This document shows positions 26,661 through 35,852 of a DNA stretch of 50,081 bases, in pieces. A program made the position numbers and the translations under genes. Numbering within the stretch: the stretch's first letter is position 1; every line of letters starts with the position of its first letter. Source of the stretch: a virus (Duplodnaviria > Caudoviricetes); the IMG/VR virus record IMGVR_UViG_3300017971_000082, positions 1-50,081 of that record. One strand, written 5' to 3'. A model generated the notes under the pieces. That model was given only the letters and a program-made list of their open reading frames with translations. It did no database searches and had not been told where the DNA came from.

Positions 26661-26981
26661 ATGATCGAATGGGTCGCCCTGATTGCCCTGGTCATCATGG
26701 CCCTGGTCTGCGCCGCTGTGCTCTTCGGCGCCTTCGTCGTCGTCCGAACCCTGGCTCACGCTCTGCAGGAAGCTCACAAGAAGGTCATGGCCCGCGACCT
26801 GACCGACCTGATGAACGCAGAAGCCAGCTCGCACTATCTCTCCGCAACCCCTGGCGGAAATAACAACATCGACTGGAATGCCGTCCGAAAGAGCCCCGAG
26901 TTCCAGAGGATGGTCAACCAGACACTGAACGAGTACGAGAGCCGGTCTTCACCGTTCCCGTACCCAGGCCAGGAGGGATAA
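26661..26981 (+). CDS. Small membrane protein
   Basis: N-terminal hydrophobic helix; located just before the portal gene. Confidence 0.65.
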   Translation: MIEWVALIALVIMALVCAAVLFGAFVVVRTLAHALQEAHKKVMARDLTDLMNAEASSHYLSATPGGNNNIDWNAVRKSPEFQRMVNQTLNEYESRSSPFPYPGQEG

Positions 26982-26984
26982 GCC

Positions 26985-29039
26985 ATGCTCGGTGGGCTCA
27001 TGGACACCGTGGGGTTCGGCAACAGCTCGAAGTCCTACCACCCGAAGTACATCCCCAAGCCCTCGGAAGAGCGCGTCCTCAACCTGGTGAAGGAACGCTG
27101 GGAAGGCGACATGGACGCCTCGCGCCAGCAGTTCGAGCGGATCTGGTTCAACGCCGCTCAGATCTACCAGGGGGACTTCTCGGGCTTCTGGAACACCGCC
27201 ATGCGGCATGTGGAGAAGACTCCGGTGCCGTCGTGGCGCAAGCGGTACATCGCGAACAAGATCCTGCCAGCGGTCAAGCGTGCCGTCTCGATGACGGTAG
27301 GCACGGGCGCCAGGCCCTCGGTCGTCCCAGGCGGCCCAGGCAAGCTCCACCGGGACCGCGCCAAGCTCGCCGAGAAGATCTGGGAGTCCTACGCCCGCAA
27401 GAAGAAGTTCGTCACCAAGCAGCAGTACGGGGCTCTCGTCGCCTGCTGCTCGGGCACCGTCCTGTTCAAGCCCTTCTGGGATCCGGCCAAGGGCAAGATC
27501 GTCGGGATGAAGGGCAACCGCATCGTCACCGAGGGAGACGTGGACTGGAAGGTCGTGAGCCCGCTGAACTTCTACCCCGAGCCACAGGCCAAGAACATCG
27601 AGGAGTGCCAGTACGCCTTCCACACCTACATGATGTCGATCGATGCGATGCGGCAGCGGTGGAAGAACGCCGAGTACGTGCGGCCGGACTCTGGCGACAC
27701 GGGCACGCGCGGATGGATCGAGAGGCGCATGCGCTCGATCTCCTCGGCCGGCTCGATCATCACCGAGCCCGCCACGCGCCGGGGCCGCCAGTACGCCACC
27801 GTCGTCGAGATGTGGATCCGCCCGAGCCCGGACGTTCCCAGGGGCATGTTCGCGGCCGTCTCGAACAACGTGGTCCTGGAGCACGGGCCGAACCCTGGCC
27901 TCGGACTCGACGAGGAGCGGGTTCTGGAGATCCCCTTCATCAAGTACGACTGGTTCGAGGGGTACGAGCGGTTCTGGGGCGTGGGCCTGGTCGAGCTGCT
28001 GGATCGGATCAGCCGGGAGGAGAATTCGACCAAGAGCCGGATCATCGAGGCCGCCATCCTCATGGCGCATCCGATGTGGCGCGCTCCCAAGCAGAGCGGC
28101 CTCGGGGATGTCGTCGGCTTCCCGGGCCAGATCCTGAAGTACAACCCGGCCTTCCCGCCGCCCGAGGTCGTCCAGCCGCCCGAGATTCCAGCCTACGTCA
28201 TGAACATGCCCGCGATGTTCGACCAGGACTTCAAGGACGTTTCGGCGCAGCACGACGTGACCCAGGGCCAGGCGTCGAATGCACGCACCGGCACGGCCAT
28301 CCAGCTGCTCCAGCAGCCAGACGAACTGGTTCACTCGACCGGGCGCATGCGCTTCTGGGAGGCAAGCTCGGACATCGCGCGCAGCTTGCTGGTCCTGATG
28401 AAGGAGAACTACACCGAGCAGCGGATCGCCGAAGTCGCCGGCCCCAACGACTCCTGGCAGATCATCGCCTTCCGAGGGGGCGACCTGGACAAGTCCACCA
28501 ACATCCGGTTCGTCATGGACACGAGCCTCGGGCTCACGAGAGCCTCTCGTCTCGGGATCCTCTCGGACCTGATCAACCTCCAGGCGATCAACATGGGCGA
28601 CCCCTTCGAGCGGCGCCATGCGGTTCGCATGCTGGAGTCCAACGATCTCGACCAACTCTTCAGCTCGCTCACGATCGCCGAGCGCGAGGCCGAGGAGGAG
28701 ATCGCCATCATGTCCCAGGTGAGCGAGGGGCTCCCGCCCAGGATCCCGACCTTCCCCTGGCAGGATCACGTCGTCCACGTCCGGCTCAAGAACGAGTTCC
28801 GGATGACCCCCGAGTACAAGATGCTGCCAACGGTCGTGCGGCAGCTGTTCGATGCGAACGTGATGGAGCATGAGATGCTCATGCTGCAGCAGCAGCAAGT
28901 CATGCAGCAGCAGCAGATGGCCACGCGCGGGATGCCCGGCGAAGTCGGGACCCCCTCCCCCCCGAAGAACAGCAGCAAGCCGCCGGGCGGATCCCAGCAG
29001 AGCGGGTCTGAGGCCCGGCCGCAGGCAGGAGTGGCATGA
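26985..29039 (+). CDS. Portal protein
   Basis: 684 aa after the terminase; NKILP, G...FKPFWDP, VSPLNFYPEP, FWGVGLVELL, TGTAIQLL motifs; Q-rich tail. Confidence 0.85.
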   Translation: MLGGLMDTVGFGNSSKSYHPKYIPKPSEERVLNLVKERWEGDMDASRQQFERIWFNAAQIYQGDFSGFWNTAMRHVEKTPVPSWRKRYIANKILPAVKRAVSMTVGTGARPSVVPGGPGKLHRDRAKLAEKIWESYARKKKFVTKQQYGALVACCSGTVLFKPFWDPAKGKIVGMKGNRIVTEGDVDWKVVSPLNFYPEPQAKNIEECQYAFHTYMMSIDAMRQRWKNAEYVRPDSGDTGTRGWIERRMRSISSAGSIITEPATRRGRQYATVVEMWIRPSPDVPRGMFAAVSNNVVLEHGPNPGLGLDEERVLEIPFIKYDWFEGYERFWGVGLVELLDRISREENSTKSRIIEAAILMAHPMWRAPKQSGLGDVVGFPGQILKYNPAFPPPEVVQPPEIPAYVMNMPAMFDQDFKDVSAQHDVTQGQASNARTGTAIQLLQQPDELVHSTGRMRFWEASSDIARSLLVLMKENYTEQRIAEVAGPNDSWQIIAFRGGDLDKSTNIRFVMDTSLGLTRASRLGILSDLINLQAINMGDPFERRHAVRMLESNDLDQLFSSLTIAEREAEEEIAIMSQVSEGLPPRIPTFPWQDHVVHVRLKNEFRMTPEYKMLPTVVRQLFDANVMEHEMLMLQQQQVMQQQQMATRGMPGEVGTPSPPKNSSKPPGGSQQSGSEARPQAGVA

Positions 29040-29488
29040 ACCGATCCGATCTCTTCGACGCGAACCGATTCTCGCGTCAGCTCCTCCAGAGGGCTCGCGG
29101 TCGCCGCCTGAGCCCTGAGTACCTCGATGCCGAGCGCGAGGAGCAGTGGAACAATGAGATGCGCCGCAACCCGGTCCCTCACTACGTTCCCGAAGTGGAG
29201 CCTGGCGTTCCGCTGCGGTGCTTCGGGGTCGGCGGGATGACGCACCAGGAACTGGTCGGCCAGCAGATGGAAGCCCTCATGCAGGCAGACCGGGCGACGG
29301 ATGCCATCGAGAGGGCGATGGAGTCCGCATCCCCAGAATCAATGGAAGCCCTTGCTCAGATCCGAGACCTGATCCAGCCGAACCAGAGGGCGCGACTGGA
29401 CATCTTGGCTGTCCACGAGGGTGGTCGGGCGAAGCCGGAGGATATCCGATCCTTCGCCGAATCACTGTCCAGAAGCGATCCGAGGTAA
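29036..29488 (+). CDS. Hypothetical protein
   Basis: ATGA coupling, AGGAG RBS. Confidence 0.65.
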   Translation: MNRSDLFDANRFSRQLLQRARGRRLSPEYLDAEREEQWNNEMRRNPVPHYVPEVEPGVPLRCFGVGGMTHQELVGQQMEALMQADRATDAIERAMESASPESMEALAQIRDLIQPNQRARLDILAVHEGGRAKPEDIRSFAESLSRSDPR

Positions 29489-29490
29489 TC

Positions 29491-30012
29491 ATGGCAGTCC
29501 GAAAGAAGGCCAGCACGAAGGCGTCCTCCAGCCCCGAGCCGCCCGTCGAAGAGGTTCCTGTCGATACGGAACAAGAGGCTCTCGATGCCAAGGAGGCCGA
29601 GGCCCCCTTCCGGCCCGGGGAGTACGAGGGGCGCGCCGTCATGGTCCACCGAAACGGTGGCCAGATGTACGACGTGGAGACGGGAGAGCAGATCTTCCGC
29701 CCCGACGAGCCCGAGCCCGCCCGATCGGCGAAGCGCGCCGGGCGCCCGTCCAAGGCCACCCAGGAAGTCCTCGCTCAGGGCGATGCCGATGTCGCCAAGA
29801 TGCAGGAGGACGAGTGGGAGGCGTACCGCCAGGGACGCTACAAGGCGTTCAAGAAGACCCAGATGGCCCTCGGCAATCTGGAGAACTGTCCCGAGCAGAT
29901 GCCCGATGACTTCGTTCCCCCGGAGATCGCCGAGCATCCGGTCATGCGCATGCATGTGGGCTCGATGCCCCCCTTCCTCCGCAAGCTGTTCCAGAAGAAG
30001 CAGCCCCACTAG
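29491..30012 (+). CDS. Hypothetical protein
   Basis: GAGG RBS, MAVRKKAST start. Confidence 0.65.
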   Translation: MAVRKKASTKASSSPEPPVEEVPVDTEQEALDAKEAEAPFRPGEYEGRAVMVHRNGGQMYDVETGEQIFRPDEPEPARSAKRAGRPSKATQEVLAQGDADVAKMQEDEWEAYRQGRYKAFKKTQMALGNLENCPEQMPDDFVPPEIAEHPVMRMHVGSMPPFLRKLFQKKQPH

Positions 30013-30034
30013 CCCCAAAAAGGAGCGTTGACAC

Positions 30035-31120
30035 ATGCCGCCTGAAGCCAATAACCTGCAGACACCGCAGGGGACACCGAATGCGGCGGATCCAAACCAG
30101 GATCCCACCCCGCAGGACACCCCGCTGGAGCCGCAGGGACAACCGGCCGGCGATGGGATCACACTCATCAGCGCGAACGGTGAAGAGTTCCAGCTCCCCC
30201 CCGATACGCGGATCCGCCTCAAGTACAAGAAGAGCCCCTTGGATCTGCCCCTCAACGAAGCACGCGATCGCTTCCAGGAGGGCTACCACAACCAGACCAA
30301 GGCCGAGCAGATCGCAGCGGAACGCAAGACGTGGGAAGAGCAAGCCACCGAATACCAGAACTACATGCACTTCAAGGGGTGGCTGGACAACGACCCTGAG
30401 GCGTACCAGGTCATCCAGCTGATGGCCACTGGCCAGGTGCGACCCCAACAGCTCCTCCAGCGACAAAGCGGCCCTCCTCAACATCAACAGCCCCCGAGCC
30501 AACCGTACCCGGGGACTCCTCCGGTCCAGGACGACATGGATTCCTGGTTCGAGGGACCTGGGGCGCAACAGAACGCTCCGTACCCTGGGGCACCCGGCAC
30601 ACCGCAGCCAGTCCAGCAGCAACCCATGCCTCCGGCATACCTGGACCCGATCATGCGCGGAATGAATCACCTGCTCGACAAGGTGAACGCGCTGGAGACG
30701 GCCAAAGAGCAAGAGACAAGAGAGGCTCGCGAGCGCGCTGCGGCCGAACAAATGAACCGGCAGGCGGAAGCCACGGTTTCGGCGATCGAGAAGTCGAAGC
30801 TCCCCACCTACTTCGGGGGCCTGGACAACGCGGTTGACCAAGTGGGCAACCTTCTCAAGTCGAACCCGGAAATGGATCCCCTGCTTGCGGTGAGAACGCT
30901 TGAGTCACAGCTGGAACAGGGCACGGCGGCGAGGTACCAGGAGTACCTCAACAGCAAGGCGCAGCAAGCCCAGCGCCAGAGCTACGCCCCCGGGTTCATC
31001 CAGCAACCGCACCAGGTTCCGGATCTCAGTCAGCTGCCCCAGCCTAAGCCTGGGGACCTGCTGGGAGGCCAGACCAGGCGCAACGTGGCCACGTTCTTGA
31101 GGAAGTTCCGAGGGGGCTAG
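30035..31120 (+). CDS. Capsid scaffolding protein
   Basis: P/Q-rich N-terminus, GYHNQTKAEQIAAERK coiled coil, directly before the major capsid gene. Confidence 0.75.
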   Translation: MPPEANNLQTPQGTPNAADPNQDPTPQDTPLEPQGQPAGDGITLISANGEEFQLPPDTRIRLKYKKSPLDLPLNEARDRFQEGYHNQTKAEQIAAERKTWEEQATEYQNYMHFKGWLDNDPEAYQVIQLMATGQVRPQQLLQRQSGPPQHQQPPSQPYPGTPPVQDDMDSWFEGPGAQQNAPYPGAPGTPQPVQQQPMPPAYLDPIMRGMNHLLDKVNALETAKEQETREARERAAAEQMNRQAEATVSAIEKSKLPTYFGGLDNAVDQVGNLLKSNPEMDPLLAVRTLESQLEQGTAARYQEYLNSKAQQAQRQSYAPGFIQQPHQVPDLSQLPQPKPGDLLGGQTRRNVATFLRKFRGG

Positions 31121-31159
31121 GCGCGGCGGGGAGAGCCCGCTGCAGAGGAAATCTAACTC

Positions 31160-32599
31160 ATGGCGGGCATCGACGAAGCATACGTCGGAGCAACCAGAGC
31201 CGCGTACCAGGCGGCCCTGAAGGATTACTACCTCCCGTCCATCATCGTCACGTTCAACTCTTCGACGGTGCTCTACTACCGCGCGGAGAAGTCGAGCGAG
31301 CCGGTGGTCGGCGGGACAATCCAGCTCCTCCTCAACACCAAGCGGTCCGAGGGCTACGGCTCCATCCGCTACGGTGGACGCATCCCGGATCCCGATCGCC
31401 AGGGATACACCCGGATGCAGTTCCCGATCCGCTACCACTACGCGCGGATCAAGGTCCCGGGGCCGCTCATGGCCGAGACCCGCGATCCGGCGGGTGCGTG
31501 GGGCGAGGTTGTCGATCTCGAAGTCACGGGTGTTTCCCGCGACGAGAAGAACGACATCAACCGCCAGCTCTTCAACGACGGCTCAGGCCGCCTCGCGATC
31601 GTCACCGACGCCACCCAGCAGGCGGCCGGCATCCTGCAGCTGCGCGAGGTCTTCGACCTGGCCGACCAGGCGCCGGACGTGATGACCGTTCGCGACGGCA
31701 TGATGGTTGCAATCGTGGATGCCTCGGTTTCCACGACCAGCCCGGTCGCCGCGAACATGTTCGACGACATGAGCGGTACCGGCATTCGCCAGGCGATCGT
31801 TGGCAACACCGACCCGCAGGCGAAGACCATCACGCTCTTCCCCATCGACACCTCGACGGGCGGCCCCCAGGGCACCCCGTACACCCTCGCAGGCGTGGCG
31901 GCCGGTGATGCGATCGTGCGCGTCCACGTGCGCGACAACAACATCCGGACTTCCAGCGCCCTGTTGGACGAGTGCGCGTACCGCCACTCGACCGCTCCGG
32001 CGACCGACGAGGGCGCCTCGGGTCGCGAGATGATGGGGCTCGCCGGGATGGTCAGCGCGCAGGACGTGTTCTGCGGCTACAACCTCGGCGCGGTCACCAC
32101 CACGGGTCTCCAGAACATCTCGGTTGCCTCGGGCAACCCGTTCTGGAAGGCGTTCACGATCGACTACGGCGCAGCGCCGCAGCCGCTCGACCTGAACGAC
32201 ATGCAGACCTGCGTGGACCAGATGGAGCGCCTGGGCCAGGCGTTCTGCACCCTGATCGTCACCTCCTACGGTGGCCGCCGCGCGTACCTGCGGACCTTCG
32301 CAGCCGAGCGCCGCTACCCCGACGTGATGGATCTCGACGGCGGCTTCAAGGCTCTCAGCTTCAACGGGCTCCCGCTGGTGCCCGAGAAGGACTGCACGGC
32401 CGGCCGCTTCTACTTCCTGGACGAGACCACGCTTCTGATCGCTCGCATGAGCGAGTGGTTCTGGCTCGCCCGCGACAACGCCATCCTGCACCGGCTCGAC
32501 GACTACGATGCCTGGCAGGCGACCCTCGCGTACTACGCAGACTACTGCCTCCGCAAGCGCAACGCGCTCGCGGGCCTCTTCGGTGTACAGGAGAGCTAG
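31160..32599 (+). CDS. Major capsid protein (HK97 fold inferred)
   Basis: ALKDYY, DINRQLFNDGSG, EMMGLAGMV, LDGGFKALSFNGLPLVPEKDC..GRFYFLD motifs; position in gene order. Confidence 0.85.
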   Translation: MAGIDEAYVGATRAAYQAALKDYYLPSIIVTFNSSTVLYYRAEKSSEPVVGGTIQLLLNTKRSEGYGSIRYGGRIPDPDRQGYTRMQFPIRYHYARIKVPGPLMAETRDPAGAWGEVVDLEVTGVSRDEKNDINRQLFNDGSGRLAIVTDATQQAAGILQLREVFDLADQAPDVMTVRDGMMVAIVDASVSTTSPVAANMFDDMSGTGIRQAIVGNTDPQAKTITLFPIDTSTGGPQGTPYTLAGVAAGDAIVRVHVRDNNIRTSSALLDECAYRHSTAPATDEGASGREMMGLAGMVSAQDVFCGYNLGAVTTTGLQNISVASGNPFWKAFTIDYGAAPQPLDLNDMQTCVDQMERLGQAFCTLIVTSYGGRRAYLRTFAAERRYPDVMDLDGGFKALSFNGLPLVPEKDCTAGRFYFLDETTLLIARMSEWFWLARDNAILHRLDDYDAWQATLAYYADYCLRKRNALAGLFGVQES

Positions 32600-32602
32600 A
32601 CA

Positions 32603-33697
32603 ATGGCACTGACCAACACGGTGCGGTGGAGAGTCGTCGGGAGCGCAGACACCCGTGGCTTGACCATCGAGAATCTCCGCGAATCCGACGAGCTACGCCG
32701 CATCAGTTGGTTGGTGGCTCCGGTACACAATCCAGGGTGGTACGTTGCAGATACCTCCTTCCACCTCCGCAGCGCCGGGCACGTCTACACGTTGCCCGGC
32801 CCGGAGCGTGGGTCCGGCTTCGACTCGGCCGCCTGGGCTGCGCCCGGGGTCGATAACCTCCAGAACATCAAGCCGCCCTCGGGCTTCCCGAATATCTGCC
32901 TCTCGATCCGGACGATCCCGGCAACCAACGTCGGCCCGACATCGCGCATCTACAGGTTCCGCGTCACCGGCCTGGACTGCATGCTGCGCAAGGTCGAAGA
33001 GACGATCCAGATCGAGAGCATCAACAACGCAGCGGCTGCGATCCAGAGGGCCTGGGGCCGGGTGGGCTGGCGCCAGGTCGAGAAGATCGAGGTCATCGAG
33101 CTGACCGAGCTTTCGGGCGTCGGCTACGGAACTCGGGCCGACATGACACTCGTGGCCGAGGATCTCTACATCGGCTGGGACTTCGTGAACACTCAGGTGG
33201 TCGCGACCTGGTACGACACGCCAGAGCGCGACGACGACGGCGCCGGCAACCCGAACTGGCTCACCGGGCTCCCGTTCAAGATGAAGCGTGACGCCACGCT
33301 CGGCGCCACGACCCACGTTCACAACGTGGATGGGGTGGTCGAGATGGACTTCGACTCCTTCCCCTACGGCTCCAACGCGAACGTGAAGACGAGGGCGAAT
33401 GCCGTCAGAGCCGCAGGCTTCTACACCGGAGGCTGGTTCGGCTCGGATGGATGGACGACATCCCTGGCCTTCAACGGGGGATCGTTCGTCACGGACCAGC
33501 AAGAGCCCGCTCCTGCGGCGGCTCGCCTGACCTGGCGGGATCTGAACGTCTGGGCTCCCGCTGCAGCGCACCGTCCGAACTTCTCCTCGGGCAAGGACGC
33601 CACGCCGGACCCGATCAACACGGTGACCCTGAACGCTTACGCCTTCTTCCTGCATGAGTGGCGGGACGTGCCCGCGCTCCAGGACTTCGAGGATTAG
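32603..33697 (+). CDS. Virion protein, paralog 1 (decoration-like)
   Basis: RVTGLDC...VEETIQI...WRQVEKIEV...DLYIG core shared with the next two genes. Confidence 0.6.
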   Translation: MALTNTVRWRVVGSADTRGLTIENLRESDELRRISWLVAPVHNPGWYVADTSFHLRSAGHVYTLPGPERGSGFDSAAWAAPGVDNLQNIKPPSGFPNICLSIRTIPATNVGPTSRIYRFRVTGLDCMLRKVEETIQIESINNAAAAIQRAWGRVGWRQVEKIEVIELTELSGVGYGTRADMTLVAEDLYIGWDFVNTQVVATWYDTPERDDDGAGNPNWLTGLPFKMKRDATLGATTHVHNVDGVVEMDFDSFPYGSNANVKTRANAVRAAGFYTGGWFGSDGWTTSLAFNGGSFVTDQQEPAPAAARLTWRDLNVWAPAAAHRPNFSSGKDATPDPINTVTLNAYAFFLHEWRDVPALQDFED

Positions 33698-33699
33698 CC

Positions 33700-35850
33700 A
33701 TGCAAGATCAGATCTACGACGTTCGCTCCGGCCTGAGGCATCACCTGATGATGGTGCTGCCCGTGAACGACCGGGACTGGTTCTGGAGCACGGCGAACCT
33801 CGCGGCGGTCGCAGACCCCACCGAGATCACCCCGGCGAGCTTCAACAACTGGTCGATGCCTGGGTACCAGCCCGTTGGCGCCAGGCTGCATATCGCGGCC
33901 GGCAACCAGGGGACGCTGGCATCCTGCACGATCGACTTCGTTGGCGTCGATGCCTGGGGCATCCGGGTCGAGGACTCGATCGAGCTGCGCACCGATCAGC
34001 AGGACCGATTCAACGGCTGCGTCCAGTTCACGCGGTTCAGCTTCGCGCGGGTGGACAGGATCCGGATCAAGAGCATCACGGCGGCGGCGAACGACGAGCT
34101 GCACATCGGCTTCCCGCTCCCGATGCACTTCCCATTCACAGCTCCGAACCTGCCGACGCTGAACTACTCGGCTCCAGGGCTCGGCCGCAACCATGTCTTC
34201 CAGTTCCCGCACGGGGGCGAGTGGACGTTCATCGATCACATGGCCCGCGCCGAGCTGATCCTGGACACGACGAACGCGAACGCGCTGCACGTCGCAGATG
34301 GCGATCGCCTGATCGTGACCGACGAGCAGAAGACCGTCCGCTGGGAGATCACCGCTGGCGCTGCGGCTGCAGGCTACGAGAAGCTAGACTTGACCGCATG
34401 GGTCACGGCCAGGGACGCGAGGACCGACATCATCGCTGCGGTGCAGTCCCACCACGCGGACTGGTGCCAGCTGCTCACGGTCGGAGCCTCGGGCCATGCC
34501 ATCACGGTGGATGACAAGGCGGGCAAGACGAAGACCTTCATGCTCGGCACGGCGGCGAGCGAGGAGTACATCGCAGTCACCATCGGCGGATCGGCCGCTG
34601 CCACGGCAACCAACCTCGGGGCAGCGATCACCGCAGCGGTTGCAGCTGGCCACCTGGGAGCCCACATCTCGGCGAAGGTGGTGGGCGATACCGTGCGCGT
34701 CTTCTCGAATCGCTACGATCTGAAGGACTCCTTCGGGATCTCGATCTACGCGAACGACGAGGACGTAGCGGCTCCGCTGACTCCGGCGCCTTCGTTCGCG
34801 ATCACCCGGCCCCGCTGGGGCGTGACTCCGATCATCAAGGAAGGCATCGCGCGGCAGTGGACTGCGAACGCGACGGCGGACCGGGCAGCCATCTGGTTCG
34901 TCGGCGGGACGCAGAAGACCTTCGTGGAGCTTGTGCGAGAGGCGGCTGGCGTCTGGTCGATCATCAAGACGGGCGGCGCCGGTACAGCGATCGCTGTGGA
35001 CTTCACCCCAAAGCGCGCGATCGACTTCGATCCGTTGTTCTATCTGGTTCTCAATTCACAGATCCCGCAGCGACACGGGGATGCCTTCTGGCTGCAGGAG
35101 GGGGCACTGGAGGACGATTTCGAGTTCGACGATACGGTTCAGGCGACCTTCTGCACGCCTGGCAACGAGATCGACATCGCGACGGCAGCCCCGACTCCGG
35201 CCACGGTGGCAAGCCGGACGGCGACCGCGATCAACGGTGGCTCTGGCAACACGACATGGAAGGCTGCCTACGACGATTCAGTCTATGCAGCCGCTGGTGG
35301 CGATCGCGTCTTGCTACTCAACGCTCCGGCGATCGCAACCGTCCTGATCCCAGAGTCGAACTGCGCGATCCAGTACGGCGACCCGACGATGGCCGGCTAT
35401 GCCATCCGCGCGCCGCACTGGTACTCGCTCGCCTTGAACTTCGAGATTCAGGGGTTCGGGGCTCATAGCCTTGGGGTGAACAGCATCCCGGGGTCCTTCC
35501 AGTACGCGATCTGGGATCTCTGGAGGATGGCTGCCGCGCCGCAGCCGGGCCTCAAGTTCATCGGTGACGCAGGGGCCTACTCCCTCGGGAGCCCGCGTGC
35601 GATGGTCTGGGACAACTCAGGTGTCGGCGAGACAGCCCTCGTGACAGGCGGGCTCTCGGGGCTGTTCATCATGCAGACTGTGCGGACGCCCGAAGAGACC
35701 AGGCGCACGCATCACAATCCGTTCGGGGTCTCCAAGTTCGGCAAGAACCGGATCATCGAGGCGGAAGCCCAGATGCTCGGTAACCGCATGGGTGGTGCTG
35801 GGACGATGGATCGCAAGTTCATCGGCGCCGGCCGCAAGGTGAAGAGGTAA
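33700..35850 (+). CDS. Virion protein, paralog 2, with three inserted modules
   Basis: FVGVDAWGIRVEDSIEL...FARVDRIRI...ELHIG. Confidence 0.6.
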   Translation: MQDQIYDVRSGLRHHLMMVLPVNDRDWFWSTANLAAVADPTEITPASFNNWSMPGYQPVGARLHIAAGNQGTLASCTIDFVGVDAWGIRVEDSIELRTDQQDRFNGCVQFTRFSFARVDRIRIKSITAAANDELHIGFPLPMHFPFTAPNLPTLNYSAPGLGRNHVFQFPHGGEWTFIDHMARAELILDTTNANALHVADGDRLIVTDEQKTVRWEITAGAAAAGYEKLDLTAWVTARDARTDIIAAVQSHHADWCQLLTVGASGHAITVDDKAGKTKTFMLGTAASEEYIAVTIGGSAAATATNLGAAITAAVAAGHLGAHISAKVVGDTVRVFSNRYDLKDSFGISIYANDEDVAAPLTPAPSFAITRPRWGVTPIIKEGIARQWTANATADRAAIWFVGGTQKTFVELVREAAGVWSIIKTGGAGTAIAVDFTPKRAIDFDPLFYLVLNSQIPQRHGDAFWLQEGALEDDFEFDDTVQATFCTPGNEIDIATAAPTPATVASRTATAINGGSGNTTWKAAYDDSVYAAAGGDRVLLLNAPAIATVLIPESNCAIQYGDPTMAGYAIRAPHWYSLALNFEIQGFGAHSLGVNSIPGSFQYAIWDLWRMAAAPQPGLKFIGDAGAYSLGSPRAMVWDNSGVGETALVTGGLSGLFIMQTVRTPEETRRTHHNPFGVSKFGKNRIIEAEAQMLGNRMGGAGTMDRKFIGAGRKVKR

Positions 35851-35852
35851 TC